Virus record (IMG/VR): IMGVR_UViG_3300028585_000020
Location: 24,633-88,632 of that record
Length of the DNA stretch: 64,000 bases
DNA from: a virus
Taxonomy: Duplodnaviria; Caudoviricetes
Reading direction: 5' to 3' (one strand)
A program made the position numbers and the translations under genes. Shown here one piece after another: positions 1 through 8,200 of this stretch; position 1 is the first letter of the stretch; each line of letters starts with the position of its first letter. The notes below the pieces were generated by a model. It made no database searches. It saw only the letters and a list, made by a program, of their open reading frames with translations, and was not told the origin of the DNA.

Positions 1-9
1 ATTGTCTCT

Positions 10-879
10 ATGACTGTCAATGGCTCTGTTGTTACCTGCACTATTCAACATCGGGGTTCGACCGACTTTACAGTACCGGCAGCAGGAACGTTTAAAGCTT
101 TTGCAGCAGATGGAACAGCGATTGTTGTTTCTAGCGTAGCTAAAATTAACAACACCTCTTTTACCGTTACTTGTGTAAGTCCTCCGGCATCGCTTCGTTA
201 TCTTGACGGTGGTGATCCCGGTACAGCAACACAGTTGTATGGTAACACAACACCTGCTTTACCTATGACAGTTGAGACTGAAATGCAGATTCAGCAAATC
301 GGACCTAAAGGTGTTGTGACAAGCCAGCCCGCCCCGGATGGGCAGAATCAAAGGTTTGCAGGCACAACGTCAAATGCTACCTCTGGGTTGTACACCCTTA
401 CGGGGAGTAACGGGGGTGTTACTGTTGGGCCGCTCGCATTTGTGATTGAAAATAATACATTTGATTTTACGCATACTGGTCTAGCTGCGGGTACATACAC
501 ACCAACTCTCACTGTTAGTGATGGCTCTGCAACAGTGAATGTTACAGGTACAACACCATTTACTATTGCAGGACTTGGTGGTGGGGGCGTAGTTACTCCT
601 GTCCAAATTAAGATTCGTCTTATAGGTCAAAATGGTCAGCCACTCCCTAATGGTACTACCCTACAAGGTGCATGGTTCGATCAAGCGCAACCAAAGGATT
701 TTCTTGCTCCAACATGGGCAGATACTTTGGTGACACAGAATGGAACAGGGGAAATTATAATCTCCCTTCCAGATACCGATCTTGCTAGTGGACAAACAGG
801 ATGGCTAATTATCTCTGACAGTGATGGAAATCCTACCACATTGCATAAAGCTTTTAGTGGCCCCGTGACAATTTTGTAA
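10..879 (+). CDS. C-terminal part of a virion structural/fibre-like protein (frame open at window edge)
   Basis: In-frame and stop-free from base 1. Thr/Gly-rich beta-type sequence; segment PPASLRYLDG..LYGN..ALP resembles the C-terminal end of sialate O-acetylesterase-type domains; lies in the structural block. Confidence 0.55.
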   Translation: MTVNGSVVTCTIQHRGSTDFTVPAAGTFKAFAADGTAIVVSSVAKINNTSFTVTCVSPPASLRYLDGGDPGTATQLYGNTTPALPMTVETEMQIQQIGPKGVVTSQPAPDGQNQRFAGTTSNATSGLYTLTGSNGGVTVGPLAFVIENNTFDFTHTGLAAGTYTPTLTVSDGSATVNVTGTTPFTIAGLGGGGVVTPVQIKIRLIGQNGQPLPNGTTLQGAWFDQAQPKDFLAPTWADTLVTQNGTGEIIISLPDTDLASGQTGWLIISDSDGNPTTLHKAFSGPVTIL

Positions 880-886
880 AAAGAGT

Positions 887-905
887 CCCCTGCTTGCCGC
901 AGGGG
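887..905 (+). terminator. Possible terminator hairpin
   Basis: CCCCTGC-ttgcc-GCAGGGG directly after the stop; U-tract weak. Confidence 0.4.
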
Positions 906-930
906 CAATTTAGCTCCACAAAGGAAAATT

Positions 931-1371
931 ATGGCTGGAATGACGAATTATCTTGAGAACAAACTGGTTGATCTTTTGTTCCGGGGGGTTACATACACGC
1001 CCCCTACAACTCTGTACTTTGCTCTTCTTACAAACATTCCAGACGATAGCACAAGCTTGGTCGAGGTGTCTGGAGGATCGTATGCAAGGGTTGCTGTGAC
1101 TTCTAACACAACTAACTGGGCTGGTACACAAAGTGCAGGCTCCACTGTAGCGTCCACTGGTACAAGTGGCACCACTAGCAACAACAATACAATTACTTTC
1201 CCATCCCCTACTGCATCTTGGGGCACGATTCTCGGAGTGGCAATTATGGATGCCGCTACCGGAGGAAACGCCTTGTTTCAAGGGGCATTGGCCGAATCAA
1301 AGATGGTTGCAACTGGCTCACCCGCTCCAAGCTTTCCTGCGGCGGCATTCGCGTGCCAGATCGATAACTAA
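931..1371 (+). CDS. Phage minor tail/fibre-associated protein
   Basis: AAAGGA RBS; MTNYLENKLVDLLFRG..LYFALLT..EVSGGSYARV..ITFP..WGTI pattern typical of a widespread phage structural family. Confidence 0.7.
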   Translation: MAGMTNYLENKLVDLLFRGVTYTPPTTLYFALLTNIPDDSTSLVEVSGGSYARVAVTSNTTNWAGTQSAGSTVASTGTSGTTSNNNTITFPSPTASWGTILGVAIMDAATGGNALFQGALAESKMVATGSPAPSFPAAAFACQIDN

Positions 1372-1399
1372 TATCCGTTTAACCTAAGAGGGGTCTTCA

Positions 1400-2368
1400 A
1401 TGGCAAACCTAATATTTTCAGAACAAAGGGACTCTTCGGGAAATGCGATATTTGCAGAGCAGGTTGAGTCGGACACCCCGAATAGCATTCGAGCATCAAT
1501 AAAATCAAGCAGCTCTATTGTTGCCAGAATGTCTGTAGGCGATGGTCGAATTAGCACCACTATTAGATCGACGTCCTCACTAATTGCAACATTGCGTGAC
1601 AGTGTAACTTATATAAGTGCGTCTTTGAAGTCTACAGCAACGTTGATTGCAAATCTGAAAGCTGATGAGCCTACTTCAGAAATACCTTCAGATATTGACG
1701 GCACATTAATTTCTGCGAGTAGGAAAGTTGTATTCCCCGGAGGAACCCGAGTAGTAATGTTCGGGACTCGTCCTAACACTGCTGTCTCAAATGCTCCATA
1801 TTATCGTGCAGGTAGGTGGTTTGTTGATAAACACCCAGACGATCAACGTTACTATGTAGCACACATCGGGGCAGACTTAGAAGACAGGGGAACAACGGCT
1901 TTGCAAGTGACGGCAATTGTCGCAGGAGTTACAGTGCTTGTTGATCCTGTAATTCAAGGGGTATTGATTCTTATCAAAATTGGAGGATTCAACAGCTTAA
2001 ACACAGCGAATAATTTCTGCACTTTCCGCGTGGTGTGTGCCAATGGGGAACGGTTCGACAGAACTCTTTGGTTCAATCGGCAAGACACTAGGTACATTCT
2101 TGAAAAAGACCCGGACGATAGAAACTACTATGTGGCAGACTTTAGCAATGATATGACTGACAGTGCCACTTCTATTTCAAGAATCACTACAGATGCTGTC
2201 GGGGTTGAGGAAATCGCTGTGCCAGAAATCCAAGGTAATTTGCTGGTGTTTAAATTAGGAGGTATGGATATAAGTGCTGACCCTCTTAACACGTACACTA
2301 TTCAAGTGGATTGCAGCAACACTGAGCGATTCTATAAGGTAATTAATTTTGTGAAGGTTGATAATTGA
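1400..2368 (+). CDS. Structural protein with two tandem KxPDD-motif adaptor-like domains
   Basis: KHPDDQRYYVA..GERFDRTLWF and KDPDDRNYYVA..TERFYKVINF repeats; tail-module context. Confidence 0.6.
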   Translation: MANLIFSEQRDSSGNAIFAEQVESDTPNSIRASIKSSSSIVARMSVGDGRISTTIRSTSSLIATLRDSVTYISASLKSTATLIANLKADEPTSEIPSDIDGTLISASRKVVFPGGTRVVMFGTRPNTAVSNAPYYRAGRWFVDKHPDDQRYYVAHIGADLEDRGTTALQVTAIVAGVTVLVDPVIQGVLILIKIGGFNSLNTANNFCTFRVVCANGERFDRTLWFNRQDTRYILEKDPDDRNYYVADFSNDMTDSATSISRITTDAVGVEEIAVPEIQGNLLVFKLGGMDISADPLNTYTIQVDCSNTERFYKVINFVKVDN

Positions 2369-2760
2369 TGATTGACGCAAGCAAATTTCTTATTAAGCCT
2401 AGCGGAGGAAGGGGAGCTTCTACAATATTAGTCCACGAGAACATAAAGGCAGTTCCTACGAGTTCTCCCACTCTCAGTATTTCTAAGTATGCCTCCGAGT
2501 ATCAAACAGACAATTTCTCAGTGTTCTTTGAGAAAACAGGAATGTTTTTTGACAGTACGTATTGCAAATTTGTTTTACGTATTGAAAATTCTCAAGACAT
2601 CATATGCGAGGTGGACGGAGTAATTACTAATGCCGAACTAGGGAGGGTTTCATTTGAGACTCCACCTCTGGCGTCTGGGGTGTTTCGTTACAATGTACAG
2701 ATGGTAGATTCTAGCGGCTTCGTAAGAACATTAGTATCTAGCTCTTACATTGTGAAGTGA
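2365..2760 (+). CDS. Small BppU-like Ig-fold structural protein
   Basis: ATGA stop/start overlap; GVITNAELGRVSF..GVFRYNVQMVD pattern. Confidence 0.5.
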   Translation: MMIDASKFLIKPSGGRGASTILVHENIKAVPTSSPTLSISKYASEYQTDNFSVFFEKTGMFFDSTYCKFVLRIENSQDIICEVDGVITNAELGRVSFETPPLASGVFRYNVQMVDSSGFVRTLVSSSYIVK

Positions 2761-2763
2761 GAT

Positions 2764-2792
2764 TTGACAAGAATGCTCAGTTCTGTTATAAT
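2764..2792 (+). promoter_or_regulatory. Consensus sigma70 promoter
   Basis: TTGACA-17 nt-TATAAT with TG extended -10. Confidence 0.8.
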
Positions 2793-2813
2793 GCGTGGAT
2801 TAAAGGATACAGT

Positions 2814-3257
2814 ATGAGCTTTGCAGCAAGTCTCCGTAAAAATATCGACAGAGTGCTACGAGAAGTTAATTACAAGATTAATCATCGGGCTTACATCTTC
2901 TTCAATTACATTGTTAAGAAATCTCCCCACGTAGGGGACGGACCTTATGTTTCAGGCCACTTTATTAACAACTGGTTCCCTGCTGTGAACACTTTTGATG
3001 GCTCTATAACTCCCGCTACAGAAGCTGATGGTGGAGGAAGTATGGCAAGGATTGAGAGTGTTGTCAAGAACAATTCTGCTTTTCTTCGTAAGGATGGCTT
3101 TGTCAGCTTGAGTAATAATCTTTCCTACGCGGCCAGAATAGAAAGCTTGGGTTGGCCTAAAGGGTATGATCCAAAAAGCGGGTGGAATTGGACTGGTAAG
3201 CGGATCATTTTTGCACCCGTGCAGAAAGCCACTCTTTATATGAAGACAATCAAATGA
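2814..3257 (+). CDS. HK97 gp10-like neck/tail-completion protein
   Basis: Probable start ATG 2814 (AAAGGA RBS, downstream of the promoter); KSPH..YVSGHFINNW and NNLSYAARIESLGW motifs. Confidence 0.7.
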   Translation: MSFAASLRKNIDRVLREVNYKINHRAYIFFNYIVKKSPHVGDGPYVSGHFINNWFPAVNTFDGSITPATEADGGGSMARIESVVKNNSAFLRKDGFVSLSNNLSYAARIESLGWPKGYDPKSGWNWTGKRIIFAPVQKATLYMKTIK

Positions 3258-3646
3258 GCATTAGACAAGAAGTTGAAAAGACTCTTAAAGCCTTTGTGGA
3301 CTCTCAAGGTATCTCACTAGCGCGTGAAGGTCAAGCTTTTAACAAGCCTAGCAGTGGAAATTATCTTGAGTACATGATGGAAGAGCCTGTTGTGCTAAAT
3401 CCAACAGTGGATGTCACTAGGGTTCGTAAGTACGGCGTTATCCAAATCATCTGCTTCATCGAAGACAACCGTGGTATGGGGCCGCTAGACACTCTTACCC
3501 AGTCTGTTGTGGATTTATTTCCTGTGTATAACAAACAGAAATTTGAAAATTTCACCGTAGAGCAGACTCCATCTGTTAGCTCTTCATTTTCTGAGGGCAT
3601 TTTCAGGTGCGCCGTTGTGCGTGTGAAATACAGGCAAGAACTGTAA
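3254..3646 (+). CDS. Tail terminator protein
   Basis: Position between gp10-like gene and major tail gene; GVIQIICF..GMG..LTQSVVDLFP and VRVKYR motifs. Confidence 0.7.
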   Translation: MSIRQEVEKTLKAFVDSQGISLAREGQAFNKPSSGNYLEYMMEEPVVLNPTVDVTRVRKYGVIQIICFIEDNRGMGPLDTLTQSVVDLFPVYNKQKFENFTVEQTPSVSSSFSEGIFRCAVVRVKYRQEL

Positions 3647-3708
3647 AAATCTCCGTAAGGAATATCGGGCAAGCTTGCTCATCTTAATTAATATGTAAAG
3701 GAAATAAA

Positions 3709-4170
3709 ATGGCTGTTAAAGATATCACCACATCGGCTACTACCACTCTGTGGGTAGCAGAAACTCTCCCAACCACTTACACTGAAGCCGGTTTTGAAGC
3801 TGTCACTGATTGGATTCAAGTTACCGAACTCAGCAACGCTGGTCAAGTCGGTGGCACCACTACTGTTACTAATCACATCGATGTCTCCACTGGCAAGGTT
3901 GTTAAGCGCGGTGGTAGTGTTAACTACGGTCAAATGGCACTCACCATGGCGCGCCACAAAGGTGCTGATATGGTTGCACTGCGTGAAGCTTTCGCTGACC
4001 GCCAACCACGCGCATTCCGTATCGTTTACCCAACCGCTGTTGGCGAAGTGGAATACTTCACAGGCGTGGTTGTCTCGCTCCCTACTTCGATCGGTACTGC
4101 TGACCAGATTCTGGACATGAGTATCACCATTGAGATTGATGACGAAGTTCTGACCGCAGACGCAGTGTAA
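3709..4170 (+). CDS. Major tail (tube) protein
   Basis: 153 aa, strong RBS, followed by a terminator; GQVGGTTTVTNH..KRGGSVNYGQMAL..EYFTGVV pattern. Confidence 0.85.
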   Translation: MAVKDITTSATTTLWVAETLPTTYTEAGFEAVTDWIQVTELSNAGQVGGTTTVTNHIDVSTGKVVKRGGSVNYGQMALTMARHKGADMVALREAFADRQPRAFRIVYPTAVGEVEYFTGVVVSLPTSIGTADQILDMSITIEIDDEVLTADAV

Positions 4171-4175
4171 TACAT

Positions 4176-4199
4176 GAGGGCTTCGGCCCTCTTTCTTCT
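4176..4199 (+). terminator. Intrinsic terminator
   Basis: GAGGGC-TTCG-GCCCTC then TTTCTTCT. Confidence 0.75.
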
Positions 4200-4290
4200 A
4201 AGGATTCTTACATAAGAGTGTTTAGAAGAAATACTGATGAAGGGTGCCCAGACACTCATTATACACAACCTACCATAAAAGGAAATACAA

Positions 4291-4740
4291 ATGACTAAAA
4301 ATACTGAACTCAATTTTGACCTGAACGACCTCTTCTTGAGCGAAACCGCCGAACTTCATTTGGATCACCCTCGTGATGATGGCAGCAAACTTTACGCACC
4401 AGTGGCAAAAGATCAGCCTGAAGATTCTCGGCCTGTCACTTTGACTGTGTATGGCTCGGCATCCGCACAGTATCGCAAAGCCATGGAGGTAATGCATAAA
4501 AAAACTAATGCCCGTGGCAAGCGCCTAGCAAGTGCAGATGAAGTCCGAAACGAGAGTGTTGATTTCTTGGTGGCTGTCTCTGTCAAATTTGACAACATCA
4601 CATTTGATGGGGAAATTGTAGAAACTCAAGCAGCTTTCCGTAAAATTTACAGCAACCCTAAGTGGGATTGGCTGACCAAACAAGTGACGCAATTCGTGTT
4701 CACGGATAGCAATTTTTTGGGAAAGTCGAAGAGCAACTAA
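4291..4740 (+). CDS. Tail assembly chaperone (lambda gpG equivalent)
   Basis: Between the major tail and tape measure genes; slippery site near the 3' end. Confidence 0.85.
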   Translation: MTKNTELNFDLNDLFLSETAELHLDHPRDDGSKLYAPVAKDQPEDSRPVTLTVYGSASAQYRKAMEVMHKKTNARGKRLASADEVRNESVDFLVAVSVKFDNITFDGEIVETQAAFRKIYSNPKWDWLTKQVTQFVFTDSNFLGKSKSN

Positions 4741-5225
4741 TCCTCTTCGCCCGGCAGTTCGCATGGCTTGGAGCAACCCCGGACAAACAAAAGATTAGCA
4801 GGATAGAGGCTATTGAGAAAAGAAAAGCTTCTATTCTAGACAATGAAAATTCCACTGAGCCTGACGATTCTGGCAGTGTCCCAATAGTTCCCCAAGATGT
4901 TGAACTGCCTGAACTCGGGCCTTTCGCTCATCTTCGGGAACTATTTCTGTTATCAGGGCAAGCGTTACAGACGATGGGTGGTTTGGTGGAATTGACATGG
5001 AGTGAGATTAGGGCATTTATAGAAGTGAATGAATTAGAGTTGACATTGTGGGAACGTGGAATGATTAAAAAGATGAGCCACGCTTATTGCAGGGAAGCTT
5101 CTGCTGCCACGGATGAAAATCGACCTGCTCCGTATCAGGAACAGAGAGAGGAAGATGAAGTGGATCATGTTGCAATTGCCCTTCAAATCGCCGCTAACAT
5201 GAGGGCATTCAGAAAGAAGAGATGA
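4291..5225 (+). CDS. Frameshifted chaperone product (gpGT equivalent)
   Basis: -1 frame from 4719 reads GKVEEQLILFARQFAWLG.. without a stop into the 4974-5225 ORF (ELTWSEIRAF..). Confidence 0.8.
4713..4725 (+). promoter_or_regulatory. Programmed -1 frameshift site(s)
   Basis: T-TTT-TTG (4713-4719) and G-GGA-AAG (4719-4725), both phased to the zero frame; -1 frame open to 5225. Confidence 0.85.
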
Positions 5226-5226
5226 T

Positions 5227-8200
5227 ATGAGTTTAGAAGCCTCGGGACTTAAAGTAGTAGTAGAAAGCCACGGCATCACTAATGCGGCAGATGCCCTTAA
5301 CAAATTGGCAGTGGCTGGCGACAAAGCAGAAAAGAGCACTAAAAAGCTGGCACAGACTGATAAAGCCACGCAGGCTTCTGCTGATAAGAGTGCAAAAACT
5401 TGGTATGATTTAGTTGACAAAGTTAGCAAGGCTAAAGAGAAAGAATACAATCTTCTCCAACGCCATAATAACAGGGTTTATGCTATGGCGCAAGCTGAAG
5501 CAAACAAAATGAACTCTGTCATGGATCGCATCAACCAACAGGATGCTGCCAAGTTTGCTAAACGTCGTGCTCAAGAACAGAAGCAGATTGAACAGCTTGA
5601 CATGATTCGTCGCAATGCTGCTGCCAAAGAATATGCTCGTGCTCAAGCCGATGGCAATCGTCTAAACACTCTGATGGATCGCCAACGCAAACAACAAGAG
5701 GCCGCTGCGAAAGCATCGGCTGAGCGTCAGCGTGTCATGAATTCTACTTACTCGTCCAGCAGCCTTGCTCAACAGATTGCCACTCTCCAACGGGCACAAT
5801 CTTATGGCAATCTAGGAGGCAATGTTTCTCAGCGCTATGGCAGCAATGTTGCAGGCGCTGTGTCAGGTGGTGAGCTTGAGCGCCTGCAACGTCAATACCG
5901 TCAATTACAACTGGAAGCCCGCAGAGCTAACGCTACTATGGCGGATACACATGCCGCTGTACGGGGCTTGTCGGGATCGCTAGGTGCTCTGTGGCTTACG
6001 TACGGTAACTTGCTCCCTTTGATTGCAGGGGCGGCTGTAGGTATGGCTATCAAGGGTGTGGTGGCGATTGGTGCGGACATTGAGCACACGTTAGAAAAGA
6101 TTCGTGTTCTTGCCGTCACAACCACTGCTGAAGTTGACCAAATGCGTAAAGTGGTGTTCGAGCTAGGTCAAGGTGTACAAGGCCCGAAAGACGTGGCAAA
6201 TGCCCTTTCTGTCCTCACTTTGGCAGGACTGGACGCACAAGAGGCAATGCAAGGTGTTGGGGCAACTCTTAATTTGGCTGTGGCAGGCGATGTTAGTATT
6301 GAAAAAGCATCTACCACTCTTGTTCAGATTAGCACATCTTTGGGCTACACAGCAAGAGATTTTGGACACATTGCAGACGTTGTTGCTAAAACAGCAGCAG
6401 CATCTATGTCCAGTGTTGATAGTATCTCTGGAGCATTTCTTTCAGCAGCGGCTGTTGGTGAAGTTTATGGAGCCAGCCTGCAAGACATCGGCCTTGGCTT
6501 GGCTACTGTTGCAAATTTAGGTATTCAAGCAACTGCTGCGGGTACGACTCTTAAAAACTTTTACGCTGATTTGTCCAAAGGAACTGAAAAGTCTACAAAG
6601 ACTTTGAAAGATATGGGCCTGTCCCTCCGCGACCTTAAGGATTCCAACGGCGGTTTTATTGATCTTGTAGAGTTAGTAACTAAGCTTGAGCAAGGGTTTG
6701 CTAAACTTGATCCTCAAGCGCGCGGCGAAGCGATGGATAAATTGTTTGGTGAGCGAGGTATTAAAACTGGTGCTGCCCTTATCAAGCAGGTTAACACACT
6801 ATCTACAGAGTTCGACCAGTTCGGAAATGTGTACAAAAATAAGCTGCTTGAAGTAGCTGGTGAAATTGAAAAGAGCGCTGCGTTTGCTACAACAGCAGCC
6901 TTGGCGATGTCCCAAACAGCCACTAACCAAATGAAGTCGGTTGGCAACACTCTGCAAGTGACTTTGGCAAAAGCGTTTGAATCTATTGCGCCTCAAATTG
7001 GACAAGTGGCTCGTGCTTTAAAGGTGGCTTTTGCATCGCCTGAGTTTTTGAACGGAATTAAGATTATTGCCACTGCTGTTGCAAACTTGACTTTGTTTAT
7101 TGTTGAGCATGCAAAGCAAATTGCTATTATGGTTGCAGCTTATGCCGGTTGGAAGATTGGTGTTTTCGCAGCAGGGTTGATTACAATGGCTAAAAGTTTT
7201 GATATTGCCAAGGTAGCTGCACGTGGATTTACTGCGTCTCTTGGCCCTCTTGGTTTAGCTATCACAGCCCTTGGTATTGCTTGGGAATTGTACGGCAATC
7301 AGAAAAATAAAGCAATCACGGATAACGATGCAAATGCAGGAAGCTTGGATGAATATGCGAAAGGTCTGAAAGACGCTGCTATCAAGGAAGCTGAAGCGCT
7401 GCGCATGCGCAAGGCCGGAACATCAGAGTTAGAGATTGCTAGGAAAGAACAACTAGCCAGTGATAAGGCTGCATCTGCTAAGCTTGTCGAAGCTTCTGCG
7501 GAAGGTGTTCGAGCAATGAAGCTGTCGCTTGACCAGCAATATTCCGCTCTGTCGGAGAATGAAAAGAAGCGCGCTCAAATGATCCGTAACGGAGAGGTTT
7601 CGTCGGGCAGTCGCAACACTGTTAATTATCTTGACACGGTTAACAAGTACATGGGCGCTTACAATAAGCATCTAGACACCGTGAAGGACATTCAAACAGC
7701 AGAGCACGCTTTGTTCCGCGACCGGCAAGAGAATGGCAGATTGGCAGATGAGGCAGCTAAAAAGGGTTGGATCAAGCCAACTGGCACAGGGGAATTAGGC
7801 GGCGGTGATATGGAAAAAGCAGCACAAAAGGCTGCTAAATTTCACCAGAATGAGTCTCTTGAACTTAACAAACTTGCAGCCGGATATGAAGCCAAAAATG
7901 CAGCAATGCGTCAAAGCATCGAACTCGGAAAGCATGTTGCAGCGGAGGCCCAACAAGCAATTGTACTTGAAAACTTGGCAGCAGGTAAGTACGGCAGCAA
8001 ATCGAAAAGCAATGTTCTGTACCAGTCTCAGTTGCGTCTTGCTGTGCTTGCTGACGAAGCTAAGGCTGAAAATGAGAAGCTGAAAAAAGTCAATGAATTT
8101 GCCACCAAAATTGCTGAACTCGAAGCCGCGCAAAAAGCCTATAACGTAGAAGCTACTGAAGGTAGCATGACACACTTTGGCGCTCTCCGCAAGGAAGCTG

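Noticed and set aside
4234-4270. Hammerhead ribozyme core CTGATGA
   Set aside because: No GAAA partner after the putative stem II
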